Shown here one piece after another: positions 1 through 14,036 of a stretch of DNA of 64,000 bases; position 1 is the first letter of the stretch, and every line of letters starts with the position of its first letter. Made by a program: the position numbers and the translations under genes. The stretch spans positions 17,484,001 through 17,548,000 of the forward strand of contig NC_088855.1 in the NCBI RefSeq assembly GCF_963853765.1. The letters are read 5' to 3'. This DNA is from Magallana gigas. Its lineage: Eukaryota. Under the pieces are notes generated by a model that ran no database searches, had not been told where the DNA came from, and saw nothing but the letters and a program-made list of their open reading frames with translations.

Positions 1-900
1 GTATTTTTCAAATATTTTACTTTTGTAAAATACTCTAACTAATAATGATTCTGAAAAAGATTATACATCACTGTAAGTATAAACAATCTAGCTTTCAATT
101 CACAACTTTAACATAGACCCTTTATACAGTTCCAAAATAATTTATTTAAAAGATAAAATTACGTGTACCAAATAATAGCGATCAAGCTGCTATAAATAGC
201 TTACAAAATCTCTATCACTCAATGCATCCTGAACCCCAACAGTGTTTAGTTGATGACCCATTATTAACATATCTGTTCCTATGGAGTAATAATTATATTG
301 TAAATAATTATATTGTAAAGTAGACTTCAGTTGATTAAACGTTAAGAGGTGCAGTTAGTTAAATACCACTGAGATAGGTGAAAATAAGATCGTCAAGGAA
401 ATTTTCAGTGATAAGCAACTACACAACAGAAAGAATGCAAACAAACAGATGTTTTCCTTCAGTGATGATTGCCTGAATTTTATATTTATTTAAAATAAGC
501 ACAATACTTCTCAACAGCTGTATTAGCCTACTCGGGTATTCAAGATTTTACTTTAATAATTGTACATGAATATGGTTATATTATGTCATTATTTTTTTCG
601 AATTCAAAAGTGAACGACGATTTCAATTTACTGGCTTGTAGCACATACATGTATCATCATATAACAGAAATTTTTGTATATTTCTTGAAATATCCATCAA
701 CTTTATATTTTACAGTAATTTTTTTTATCATAAATAAATAGTGTTCCTAGTTTAACAGTGTGCAATATTAAATAGGGTATATTTTATTCTCTATTTAACA
801 CTTGGAAAGGTGTATATATAATGCAGGACACTTACACTGAGACATTTGACCTAATGAATCTTAAATATATGTACCGGTAAAATTTCTGATTTAGTTTGTG

Positions 901-1441
901 AACAAGTGAAAAGCTGTCAATGTGACAGCAAACCGGGTTTTCTAATATGTGAACTGCATCCATAATCAATGTCAACCCGTATCCAGTGAAATGGAGTACC
1001 CTATATGCAATATTTTGCTAAAAAATGACTAAGTTCAAAAGCTGGTAATTTTTTCATAAATAATCAGAAATCAAAATCCTAGCAATATGCACACCTCTGA
1101 TACATGTATATGAGCAATTGATCTGCAATAGAACAGTTTCATATCTTGAAAACTGTAGGAGGAGTTATCCATACAATGAGGGTACCCTATATGCAATATT
1201 TTGCCAAAAAATGACTAAGTTCAAAAGCTGGTATTTTTGTCATGAATTATCGGAAATCAAAATCCTAGTAATATGCACACCTCTGATATATGTACAATGG
1301 ATCTGCAAAAGAACAACTTCCTATCTTAAAAACTGTGGGAGGAGTTATCCGTACAATGAGGGTACCCTTTTGGCAGCCGCCCGCCCGCTATTTTCACCAT
1401 TTTAAAAACCGGATTTTTCCGTTGGAAAACCCGGTTAAAAA
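901..1441 (+). mobile_element. Non-autonomous Helentron/Helitron-like element, family A, 2 internal ~180-bp monomers
   Basis: 5' AACAAG..GCTGTCAATGTGACAGC hairpin and AAACCGGGTTTTC sub-terminal repeat inverted to 3' GAAAACCCGGTT; CCGC short repeats; monomers start at 996 and 1182. Confidence 0.8.
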
Positions 1442-4400
1442 TTAGCAAGGAACAGAAACTTAAGGTGTATTTAATATAAGTTTGGAATTTAAAGCACAAT
1501 GAGTTTTGTTTTTGATATGAATAAAATATTCAAATTTCAAAAGACTACCAAGAACTGTACAGTTACTCAACAATACATCCCTTGCATTCATCTTCACAAT
1601 GTTAAGGTTTTCTGAATCGGGAGTTTCGTAATCACAAAGCCTTGACATTTTAAAGATGCAGTTGCATTATGTAAATATCATTCCGACAGAAAATAACCAT
1701 TGCTCGTATCACCTTTAATTATTTATACTACAATTCATTAAAAGTGGGGAAAAGGTGTTCAAAACTTCAAATGCTCGCTCTAGTCCCGGATATTGTTGAT
1801 ACGATGATCAAGATTATAAAGGTTTTATCAAATAGGAAAAGTTGGTGTTGGTACAGATACTGATTACATTTTTTCAATAATTGAGATTTTGCGATTTCGC
1901 GCGATATCTGGAACCTCTTATCGTCGTTGAAAATCGATCGGAGCGACTCAAGCATAATTATCGTCTTGATTAATCTCGTCATATTTGCAATATTTCGTAA
2001 TTAAAGATTAGGAAAAACGTTATCGTAACATTTTTTTAAGCGCGCGCCGCCGTTGAAAATTGGTATCTTGCCTTTCATTACTACCAGCGTCAGTTATTGA
2101 ATCAGATACACGCAGGTACATTTTTTGCTAAATATTTTCACTTGATAAAAGCAAGGAGTACACGTTAAGTTTCGAACTTGAATGACATTTTTAAAAAGAT
2201 AAAGATATATAGCAGTCAAAATATCAATATTCATATTCCATTCTACCACGTACATCAGATATATACACGAGAAAAAAAATATTTTTTTACCACCGATAAA
2301 CACGGGATGGTACTCTTCCGCCCTGTAGTAAAGAGACATCGTAAGTACAATATTTTTTTTTTCAAAAATAACTGCATTTTAATGAGATGATACTCAAAAA
2401 GTAAATTAGTCTCTTCATCATTAACAAAAAGGTAAAACATCCAAGAGACCCAAAGGGACAATTTGCAGGTAATATCGGTTTAAAAGTCGTTTTTCCAAAA
2501 TTAATGGAAGTTCTTTCAAGTACACAGCACGATCGAACCAATTGCAATTGCAGTACGTGATCGATTGGCAGGTCGTTTAGACATGCAAACAGACAAGCAA
2601 ATGAATTTAGATTTAATGTGAGGACTTCAGACATAATTGTAATTCATGCTTGCCAGTTGGCGTGAGTGGGTGTATACCACACGCCCTAGTCACTGCATAC
2701 TCGGAACTGCACTTCTCTATCACTTTCATGTAGGAAGTCTTTGGGGACCCTGCCTTTCCAAAAGGAAGATGAATAGGTAATTGAAGCGCGTGGTTTTTCG
2801 TAAACCTTTTGGTCAAAATTAGCTTGATGAAGTGCAAACTTCTCATATGGGATGCGTTATAATAATTGTGATGAGCGGTTTTTTCAAACAATGCTTCTGG
2901 CCAAATTCATTAATCATATAATCTATACATGTGTTGGTTTTACCATGGGCTTTCTATGCTATACTTGTATTTTATTTGCACGCCATTCATACCTTCTGCC
3001 CTTCTGACATCAAGTCACCTCCTCAATGATTATAATGAAAAGTGGTTCAAGACCTTACACTTTTTCATTATTTACGATATTTCACGCAGAAGCGTATCAC
3101 TTGGAAAGTGATTTTCTATAACACCTAGCTAAAGAATTGTATTAAAATTCATTTATAATACTTGAATAGAATCGATTTTGAGGACATTCTATCATGATTA
3201 CAAGCTGGCATCTGATAATGCTAACATATGCAGTGAACGGAAGGTAATAAAACATACCTGTCTTTGGAAGCCCAAGTGTCATCATTCCAAGCATTAACAT
3301 TTAATACAGCTGATATTATTATTGATCTGAGTATCGTAAATCAAAACATCGCCTACCCAAAGCGACATGCACAAAATATTTATATTAAAACAATCAACAT
3401 TTCGAATTCATTGTTTAAACAGTACCACGAATTTCATTTCAAAAAATAGATTTAATCAACATATATTCTTCGCAATATGTTGTTTTATTCATGCCATTAA
3501 TTAAAATAATTAAATATTATATCATCTCTGAAACATACCATGTTGAACTTCCACCACATTCTATGAGAGGGTTGTCGTCCCTTCGTTTAAACTTCGCCGA
3601 ATCACACAGTTCCCCTGTACAGGCCACTGTTGTGTTTTCCACCGACATAGGTCTGTGCTTCTGAAGAATTAAACTTTCCATGAAAAGAATATTAAGGTTC
3701 AAAACCTCCTACTGTCATAGCGGGTGTAATTTAATTACTGGAATCAGTTTCTTTACTCACACAGTTGCGGGATGCGCGCTTTCTCTCTTTCACTCTCTTA
3801 CTAGCTCTCACTATATAGTGATGCTGTTTGGATGCAGCGCACGCCCGAGTACGCGAAACTGATAGTTAACGACGACAAAACAGATCATAAATTGTGCAAT
3901 ATCCCCGATCAGATCTATCGACGAGAGTATATTAAGCCTTTATCTAAAACTCGATTTCTGTTTGGCTTTTCATAAATCAATCGTTTATCAAGCGTTAAGA
4001 ATTCTATTTCAAGTCTCGGTTTCCCCCTTTTATTTGTATTTGTTGCTCAGGTCGTAAAAATGTCACCCGTCTGGAAATGAAATTATAAAGGGATGCTGTT
4101 ACATATCCTACTTTCAGGGATTTGACATTAATAAAGGTATTTCTCTTATTAATATATGTGAATTTTCATTGATGAAGTGACGTGGGTTTAAAGAAAGATT
4201 TTTGAGAAAACGTTTTGTCTTTGTTTCCATTTTTTTTTTTGGAGGAATTCACATTAAACAGATTTAGTTAAACAATTAACATTTCAGGGAAGTTGAGGAA
4301 TCCCAGAACTTTTTGATGTCTTGAATGTCTTCGATTTTGTATTTGTCAGAGTTTTCCGTAATCGTTTGGGGAGTGATATCAGTTCAGCGCCGTTTCAAGT

Positions 4401-4523
4401 TCGTGGCGCTGTATGCCGAAATAATTCAGTCCGAAAAGATTGGTGTGATGGGATCGAAAACTTAACAAATCAGTGATACTTTTAAAATACTTTTTAACAC
4501 ATTTAAGGGGTACCCCCCTCCCC

Positions 4524-4670
4524 TCTCTCTCATTTTATTAATGATAAAGCACATGTACAGTATTCATAAGTCCTTGTAATCATTTTGGTAACATCTCTCT
4601 CTCTCTCTCTCTCCTCTAATTTTATTAACAATAAAAAGCACATGAACAATATTCATAAGCAATCATTCTC
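4524..4670 (+). repeat. Two-copy ~90-bp tandem repeat headed by a (CT)n microsatellite
   Basis: CTCTCT..ATTTTATTAA..TAAA..GCACATG.ACA.TATTCATAAG occurs twice. Confidence 0.65.
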
Positions 4671-6807
4671 TTAATTTGTAGCATTTCTAACATCTGAAAA
4701 TAAGAAGTTAAGATTTTCCTTCAGATTTTCCCCTTTTTATCATGATGTTGTCATTCACTATTAAAAGGCTATTAATTTAGTTGCCTGTTGGTATTTTTTT
4801 TTAATGTTTCAGCATTCTGTATACGTCAGTGTGTCTCGTCTATGAACTGAAACTTCACCGTGAGGTTTGTAATTTAAGTCATATCAGGAACAGCACAAAA
4901 AGATACCGTAGGCGAAGCTTTACGACGCTCTCAGTTTTCGACTCAACTTTTATCAAACAACTACCCATCATACATGTAGCTCTGAAGTACAAACCGGCTG
5001 GCATTTTCCTTTGAATATACCAGTTTATCAATACCATGAGCATAAAGTGCGATGAGATAATCGTTTCGAGTCTGTCTGTGTCGGCTCTAGATACCTGTGA
5101 GGTGTTCCGTGAATATTCGAACGGAAAACCTTTAATGATCATTTAATTACAAACGATGGAAACGTATTCATCTGCCGGAAATCGTGTCCATTTATGTTTA
5201 GAGAACAGTCTATCCGAAGCAGTCGCGATTGGCGACGCAATGAAAATTCTATTATGTCGAAGAACTGTTTTGTATTTATCGATTTACTGAGTAAGTTTCA
5301 TAAAAAGGCCAAAATCAAACTTGGTTTAAAGTCAAATTGAGAGCTTGAAAAAGCTTAAATTGCAGTAGTTATAAGAGTAGTATATACATCAGCAGTTCTT
5401 GAGTGTCATGGGGATAGCACAGAGGGTTGGGGAGAGGATACACGAAACACACCTAATACTAGTATAGGTTTTCTGCACAGGTTGGCAAAATTTACGTACT
5501 GGAACAATAGTGCGTATGACAATGTTGCCTATCCACGGACAAGCGTTATAGCGTCCAAGTGATGCAAATTGTGGACAATTTAGAAGGAAACAGACATCAA
5601 TTATTTGTAGTTTAGGTCCCAGGACGATATCGGTGTATTTTCAGCGAACAACCATATCATCATTCTTTTAAAGTCTAGCCTTGCCAGCACCCATCATCGC
5701 CTCTTTTTTTCACTCTGAATAAAATCCCTTTCAATTACATTCATAATTTATACTTGATTTGAATCTTTTTATCTTTTCTAAAAGAAATTATAAAAGAAGA
5801 ATGTATATACATTGTTATATAATCAGAATTAATTGCTTACAATCTCTGGTTAACACTTAATCTGTTTTATGGCAGATAACATTGACAAATGCATCAGCAG
5901 TAGTGTGGGAGATACGTAATGTTGACATATTTTGTTCATTCGAAATACGTACGTTTTTCTAATTTTTCAATTCTTTCGTCAATATTCTTTATTTAAATGG
6001 ATATCTAGGAAAAGCGCATTTGCTTTGAGGTGCATGCGATTTCTGCCTCTATCATGATGTGAGTAGTACAAGTCATCGGGTCGTTGCCTTGCCCAGCATA
6101 TCTAACAAGAATCGAAAGGCAGATTGTCCTGTACATTCATTCTCTTTTGCTTTTGATTATGAACACTTCAAGAACTATTATTGTGGCATAATTTCAATAA
6201 CAATAAATGGTACTGCAAGTTTTTGCTCGGGTCCAGGACAACATTAACGATATAAATTACAATTTGTCTTATTCTTACGACTGAAATATTGATACAAATG
6301 GTTAATAAATATATTTTCCTCTATTTTCGTAAATTCTGAGACATGTTTAACAAGGGCACCGCAAAGCGGAGCATCCCCTCGCGAAATGAAAATATTGTGC
6401 GGGAAAATTCATGATTTGGGAATAAACATGTAATTGAAGAGACCAAATATTTAATATGCTAAAACCACTTTAAATTAAAATACTTCGTTTATTCCTACAT
6501 GTATCCCCATGCACGCTCTGGGGTGTATCCATTGGGGATGGGTGCATTTACATGTGCGTGGTTGTACAATTCTTCCGTATTACTAGCTAAAACACACCAC
6601 AAACGTGTTAAACTTTAGTAATTTATTTTAAGTTTTAAGAATTCTCTTTATCCAGTGACATGTATTACGCATTTAGACAATAAGTGTCGGCACATTTAAG
6701 TTTCATATTGAAAATAAAACGTAAGTAAGATCTGGCGATTGATAATCTACTCTATGAGACATTAATCATGTTGACGATATTCTTCAAGTCTTTTCTGAAT
6801 TATGAAC

Positions 6808-6941
6808 CAGGCCCCGGGGCCATAAAACTTAGACAACCTTACTTTTGATCTAAGTCTCACTTTTACAAAAGAAACATAAAGTGGAAAAGTGAGACTGAGA
6901 TCAAAAGTGAGCTCGTCTAAGTTTTATGGCCCCGGGGCCTG
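6808..6941. mobile_element. 134-bp foldback element
   Basis: Arms of about 57 bp, the first 27 bp perfect (CAGGCCCCGGGGCCATAAAACTTAGAC), 20-nt loop; no clear target duplication. Confidence 0.7.
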
Positions 6942-7009
6942 TTTTTCTCCAAGTAGTTCATTAAACATAGCCCGAAATTCGGCTCAAACGGCTTGCTTGT
7001 TTTGATTAA

Positions 7010-7502
7010 AGGGACATGGTCACGATTTTTGTCAAAAATTATTTTTCCGATTTTAATGTTTACAATGCTTCAATAAGGCATTTTTAACATGCAACCAAAA
7101 TTTAAGTGTAATTCGTTGAGTTATAAGGGAGTTACAGAGCTTACAATTCTTCGTGATGTAAACAAAGCTTTTGTTTAAATTTTGAATGTTGAAGGGAAAA
7201 TTCCAGTTTTAGACCTAAAATGAATGTGTTAAACGTTAGGAGCTGTTTCTTTATGCCTCAAATGAATAAGATGATAGACAAATCAGTTTGAAAAAGATTT
7301 TTTACTGGTATATTGATCCTATGTAAAGAAAAACAGGGCACGAGCCTTGTTTACATGACAAAGAATTGTGAGCTCAGTATCTTGCTTATATCTCTGCAAT
7401 TGACTCTCAAATTTCATTTGATCATTTGAAATGCATCTCTATACCATTATAAATAATAAAAACAGAAAAATAAAAATTTACCAAAATCGTGACCATACCC
7501 CT
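7010..7502. mobile_element. ~500-bp TTAA-flanked Kolobok-like element (family K1)
   Basis: 19-bp imperfect TIR AGGGACATGGTCACGATTT, TTAA left and TTGA right; homologous over its full length to 44970-45465. Confidence 0.8.
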
Positions 7503-8156
7503 TTGAAAGAGGGTGAACTTAATCTCCTGTTTGCTTCAGTTTTTCACCTTGGACATCCTTCCAACTCCCCATTCCTCAAAAGACGTTTGCTTTTTTTTAA
7601 AAACCTTTACAGGGCCTTCATCCAACAAAATATCAAGTTGTTGATCAGAAATGTTTACTATTTCACTAAGTTTCAAAAATAATTTGAAAATAAAAAAATA
7701 AACAGCCTTTTGGCTCAACATGCATGCATTTTAATGTTTAAGAAGTATGCAAAGACTAATCATTTTTGTGCAAATGTTTTTCAGGCTTTCCTACAATCGT
7801 TGTTACACATGTAGTTACAAACGTACCAAATTGTAACTGGCTCACAAACACATTGTTTTAGCGGTTAATTCTACAAGTTTTGCGATGCAATATAAATTTA
7901 AATTGATCAACAAGCCTCCCAGCATAATTAACCGAATTAACATATTTTAGGAGCAATTCCTCTGTTATGATCATAAATAATGATACACATAGCTTCATCT
8001 GCGACTGATGAATAAAGTTAAACCATGCACCGCTAAATCAATCTAAAAACTGCTGAAAATATTAAAAAACGACGATGACAAATTAATTTTCAACATATTT
8101 AATATGCACAACCCTGGAGCGTTAAATAACTGTAACAGGTGCGTGTGTTATTTTAC

Positions 8157-9233
8157 AACAAGAGAAAAGCTGTCAATGTGACAGCAAACCGGGTTTTCTT
8201 TTATGTGAACTGTATCCATAATCCTATCAACACGTATCCAGTGAAATGGAGTACCCTATATGCAACATTTTGCCAAAAAATGACTAAGTTCAAAAGCTAG
8301 TATTTTTTTCATAAATTATCGGAAATCAAAATCCTAGCAATATGCACACCTCTGATATATGTACAATTGATCTGCAAAAGAACAACTTCCTACCTTAAAA
8401 ACTGTAGGAGGAGTTATCCGTACAATGAGGGTACCCTATATGCAACATTTTGCCAAAAAATGACTAAGTTCAAAAGCTGGTATTTTTTTCATAAATTATC
8501 AGAAATCAAAATCCAAGCAATATGCACACCTCTGATATATGAACAATTGATCTGCAAAAGAACAACTTCCTACCTTAAAAACTGTAGGAGGAGTTATCCG
8601 TACAATGAGGGTACCCTATATGCAATATTTTGCCAAAAAATGACTAAGTTCAAAAGCTGGTATTTTTTTCATAAATTATCAGAAATCTAAATCCTAGCAA
8701 TATGCACACCTCTGATATATGTACAATTGATCTGCAAAAGAACAACTTCCTATCTTGAGAACTGTAGGAGGAGTTATCCGTACAATGAGGGTACCCTATA
8801 TGCAATATTTTGCCAAAAAATGACTAAGTTCAAAAGCTGGTATTTTTTCATAAATTATCAGAAATCAAAATCCTAGCAATATGCACACCTCTGATATAAG
8901 TACAATTGATCTGCAAAAGAACAACTTCCTATCTTAAAAACTGTAGGAGGAGTTATCCGTACAATGAGGGTACCCTATATGCAAAATTTTGCCAAAAAAT
9001 GACTAAGTTCAAAACCTGGTATTTTTTCGATAAATTATCGGAAATCAAAATCCTTGCAATATGCACACCTCTGATATATGTACAATTGATCTGCAAAAGA
9101 ACAACTTCCTATCTTGAAAACTGTAGGAGGAGTTATCCGTACAATGAGGGTACCCTTTTGGCAGCCGCCCGCCCGCCCGCCATTTTCACCATTTTAATAG
9201 CCGGATTTTTCCGTTGGAAAACCCGGTTAAAAA
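8157..9233 (+). mobile_element. Family A Helentron-like element, 5 internal 180-bp monomers
   Basis: Same termini as 901-1441; period 180 (one unit 179). Confidence 0.85.
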
Positions 9234-11231
9234 TTATCTGAATTTGACAATCTACTTTAAACTGATAAATATATAAATTATCACTAACCTATTGCAGATT
9301 TAAATGCACGTTTTCATGCAACCACGTCAGAAAATGTTAACAAAACAATTGAAAGAAATAGGCTTTTATCTTAGATCTTATTACATTAACATATTCCGTG
9401 TTTTATATGTATTATCTAAATTTGAATTCTTAATATAAAAGACCCAAGTGCCGTTTTTGTGAAATAGATTTTTTATTAATACTTTTAAGATGTAATTTAT
9501 TTAGTGAATCCTTTTTTTGCATTGCTTGTTGGTTATATAAATATTAACATGGGACATTTTGATCATGTACAAGGCAACATCGTTTCCATATTTTTTTAAA
9601 CGGTTTTAACATGCACGCACTTTGAATTTCCTTGCGGGAAAATACTCAGTTAACAAGAGTATAAGAACATTTTGGCATGTAACTGGGTTATGTTTAATAT
9701 TTGAAATGCAAATGAATCTAAGAACATTTTCACTTTGAAGGGAAAAAAATGGGTATTAAAATCGACATAAAACTTACCCGGTGCGTGTACATATGGAGAG
9801 AAAAGGTGTCAAATTTCTTGTGTTGACCTTGGGCCCGAGAAATGTTGACAAAAGCTGCATCCCAATTTTTAACTATATATAATTATGTCTTTTGTGTTGT
9901 TTATGAAATCATATTTATAGTATTAAACGGTGTACAATTCAAAACATTGAATTGTACATTCCTCTTTTCAAAAGAAATGGGCGTGTCTTGTGTAACAATT
10001 GACGTTCGATACAAAGTTTAGAACATTCCATTCAAATGCACTTTTACCACTTCAATGCGCTTCATTGTATGTTAAAGAGAGGCTAAATATCGAATAATAT
10101 ATAAGAAAATGTCCAAAATGTGAAATTTACACATTGGGTCTTTGTGTCACCTTTCTTAATTTTTATTTTTGTTTAAATCAAAACTTGTAACCGAGAGTGC
10201 CAAACGCCAAGATGTGTTATCGTGTCAACGCCGACTTGACTTGGAAAAAATTCGCAGATCAAGATCGGATGGCATCAAATTGCTCTTACGAAGAGGAAGA
10301 AACTATATGAACCCGAGAACAAAAGACCACTTGTTTTAGATTTTTATTCCTATCAAATGTTACATTATTTCATGATTCCATAAAACGAGTCCATAATGAT
10401 TTTCATTTTTTTTTTATTAGTTTGTGCCTTTGACGGAATGTCGTGGAAGCCATTGATCGCGAAAAGAACAATCTGCGCAAGGTATTGAATTATAATTATA
10501 TCGTATTTGATGTTCTTTGTAAATCTTTGTTCAACTGTTGCTCAATTATGTCTGGAACCATTTGTTTTTTCCGAAGAACATTCAAAGTTTCTATATAGAT
10601 ATTTGTGGCGTATTTTATGTGAATAACAATAAAAAGATCTGATTATTTGCTTCATTGAAGATAGAACTTTCAGATAAATTTCGCTGGATAAGTTAATACT
10701 ATATTCTACTAAATATTCCACAGAATTTGTGTGAAAATTAGATTAATCAGTCAAAATCTAGCGCACTTTTTAGTGTGGCGTAAATTGCAGACTTTTACTA
10801 TGGTTGTACTTAGCTCCAGGGTCGTTCATCAGAATCTTTTTATCAGACTGGGAGCAACAGACGTGCAGCTAGCTTTTGAGGCAAGAGTAGAGTCGGGGCA
10901 GGGGAGTGTGCATTCTGTTCTTTTAATTTACTAACACTAATGAAGGTCGATTGCAAATCATTTATAAAGAATATAAGACAGTCGACCTGCACTATGTATT
11001 CATATATTCTAAATTGGAAGAATCCGGTCCCAACGGGGAAGGGTGCGGCATGTTTACTTTGGTACTTAGGTGATCGTATTTTGCTATGAAATTTAAAGAA
11101 ATTTGACGAAAAATCTCATTTTCACAATAATGATATTGAATTTTTAGACCATCATAATTATATTAATTGGCTGTGTTCACCTGCCGGGCTGTCTATTGAC
11201 CATTTGTTGGCCACAGGGCATGGTAGCTCAA

Positions 11232-11327
11232 TATCTTGAGACTCGTTTGGTTATCTTGAGATTCGTTTGGTTATCTTGAGACTTGGTTATCTTGAGAGTC
11301 GTTTGGTTATCTTTAGACTCGCTTGGT
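11232..11327 (+). repeat. Minisatellite, 5 units of TATCTTGAGACTCGTTTGGT (20 bp; one unit 16 bp)
   Basis: Directly adjacent units with no spacers. Confidence 0.85.
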
Positions 11328-13444
11328 TGGAAACATTAAACTTGCTACACTCGATCTTACATTGTCCTTATTAATATAACCATAAGGACAGGTGTCACTG
11401 TAGTAGTATGGATCCAAGAAATTATCTTCTGGTCAATATTCGATAAACATTAGTTCGTCAATTATCTAACTTGGTTCTTTAGTGTCTCAAGTAAATTGCC
11501 CTTATAGAGATAGCAAGTTCAAAGGCCATCGAGATAGCAAGTTCAAAGGCCAAACGTAAACAATCTAGAGAAAAGGTTTGTTCAATATTTTGTGAACCCT
11601 TTACAATAGAGACAGCACGCGACATGAACAATTATGAACCATTTTACACCCATAAAAATACTACTGTGATTCGTTTTCAATATATGCATGAAAGCCTAAA
11701 CCTCAAATGATTCGTAAACAAATGTCTACTTTTTTCTTTGATTATCCAACAAATATATTTGTAAAGAACAAGATACATTTTCAGTCATATTTTACCCTGT
11801 TTTACAGTGATTTTAAAAAAAATTAATATCACAAACAATTGAAACGGTACGTTTATTTACACAAGAATAGTAATTACCCATAAATTAAGAATCTATAAAT
11901 AGTTACGTGATTAGGCTTTCACATGGTTAATTGTGACTTCATAAACAGTGCATTTTCTCGTAATTTTCATAAAACTGAGCAGAAGACACTAGTTCCTTAG
12001 TGGGTTTCTGAATAGTAAAATATGTCCGCAGCTGTCACCCACGTTGAAACTCACATTATAACTTTATCATGTTATATTACGTAAAATACATTAATATCGT
12101 TGTGGGCGACGGCCGCAGACACATTTTTCTATTTAAAAAACTATGAGAAAATATGCCATTTTTCATCATTTTTTACATAATCTTATCAATATTCCAAAAT
12201 ATTGAAGTCGTAATCATTTTTTGAAACAAGATAAAAGTGCATAATTTGGTACTATATATACACACATGTTCAAAATGGTATGTGTAATTTTATGAGAATT
12301 AAACAACTTTTGAATTTTAGGGCAAATATTGAAAGAAACTATTAATACCCTCTTCTTTATGATTCTTTGATTTTAAATCTCATGATATAACATTAACCAA
12401 CAACCAAAAAACATAATGTTAGAACATAATAATACTGAGATTTATTCCTTATTGCAGAGTAACAGTTAACAACATACAGATCGATAAAAGAATGATAATA
12501 AAACATCTCCTTCTAAACACCATTATATGATATGATAGTAATTGCTTTATAGTGAAAATGTTATACAAAAATGACAATAAACAAATTAACTAATAACATT
12601 CATTTTGTTTGTAGAAAATATCCAGGGTTAATCAAACCTGTTTTACAAAATATGAATGTTTATAAAATGTGCAAAGATAAGCGTTGTTAATGTAAATCAG
12701 TGCAACGGCATAATAACTGGCATTCGTAGACCAGACCTTATTTCTTACCTCCTTTTTTCAACTGCATGTACTTAATTTTCTCCTCAAATCATTAATCTCA
12801 TATTAAATTCAGTAACTACGGTACAATCTGCTATAGATACATTTAGCTAATGAAATAGAGCACATTGTTAACTTTGAGTTGCCTATAGGTTAGACATAGT
12901 TTTACCATAGTTTCACCTACACTACATAACTTGCTGGCATATGTCAACATGAAGAAGTTGTACAGGAAGATAACACCTAGACCTTTAAACAATAAAATGG
13001 CAAAAGATGAACAAACTTAATACGGTGGCTTGCAACATTTTAATTGTGTTCGTAAAGCATTAAAAATATCCCTTACATATTCATGAATAGCGCGCCGGCA
13101 AGCACTGCAAGCTCTAACGACAACGCCTGGGCGAACAGAACATTCGAATTACGGTGAAATCATGTACACATTATACGTAAGTTACATCCCATGTGACACG
13201 GTTCTTATAAATATTCGTCCTCAATTGTCTCACAAACAAATGAAATTTGTGTACTCAGATGTCACAATCACTTTTAAAGAAGGTAAAGAACTATGAATTG
13301 TATAGGTAACTAATGATTTATTTTACCAAAGTTCTTATTAATCAATCAAAACATCGTGGTATAAAGCCAATACATGTATAGCTGGAGTGTAATGAATAAT
13401 TATATTTAGAAAACACTTAAAAACGTTTTTTCATTAGTTTTTTT

Positions 13445-13450
13445 TTTATT
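13445..13450 (-). promoter_or_regulatory. Candidate polyadenylation signal of DUR3
   Basis: First AATAAA I found on the minus strand after the stop codon, about 310 nt downstream. Confidence 0.4.
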
Positions 13451-13757
13451 ACGTTAATGCTTTCATTTGCTAAACCAGGATCTTTTTATCAATTTATCAT
13501 TACAAAATATGTGTGCATTTAGTTTTATGCGGCACTCGTCCAAACGGTCGCACCGTAAAACATTCCATACGCTGCTAAAATTCGTAATGTGGTAGCTGCA
13601 TAAACAGTTAATATATAACATGTAGCTGGTTAAGAAAATGTCCAGGTTATTAGACAAAATAAAAAGTTTAACATTGATAGTTTGTCTGGGGTAATAGGAT
13701 GGACATTGTAACTTGTGTTGATTCATGATTGACACGTGGTCTCATTTGTATGCCTTG

Positions 13758-14036
13758 TCAAGGTGCTTCACTAACAGTGAGGGAGTTCTGTCTGCTTTTA
13801 TTGATGAAATTGGGGTCTACGAAGCTTTGATCGTTTTTCATTATGACGTTAACCTCCTGTCTTTTGACGTCAGATCCGTTGCGAGTTCTGTCCTTCTCAG
13901 CAATTGAAATCTTTTTTAGAGGAAGAACTACTGTCATTTGTTTAACGGCATTTCTTATATCAATGGTCTCATACACGATGGGTGCAATGATTATAAATAG
14001 CGTGGCACAAAGGCACCATGTCATTGTAAAATATAT
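13758..14036 (-). CDS. DUR3: DUR3 exon 13, last coding exon (IYFTMTW...SLTVSEAP*)
   Basis: TTCTTTTTCAG acceptor, final TM helix, hydrophilic tail, TGA at 13760-13758. Confidence 0.9.
   Translation of the reverse strand: MYFTMTWCLCATLFIIIAPIVYETIDIRNAVKQMTVVLPLKKISIAEKDRTRNGSDVKRQEVNVIMKNDQSFVDPNFINKSRQNSLTVSEAP

Noticed and set aside
1464-2164. 701-bp TTAA-flanked segment as a mobile element
   Set aside because: The inverted ends match over only about 5-6 bp and there is no second copy in the window; plausible but unsupported.
3325-3540. Selenocysteine read-through of a TG|A junction linking the MSVENT... exon to SIIISAVL...
   Set aside because: No selenoprotein-like context and no SECIS evident; more simply a stop or a wrong join.
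10190-10495. Plus-strand exon-like GC-richer patch with a donor near 10482
   Set aside because: Only a 32-aa ORF, and no consistent multi-exon frame or recognisable product.
11232-11327. CRISPR-like short repeat array
   Set aside because: Units are directly adjacent with no unique spacers, there are no cas genes, and the context is eukaryotic.
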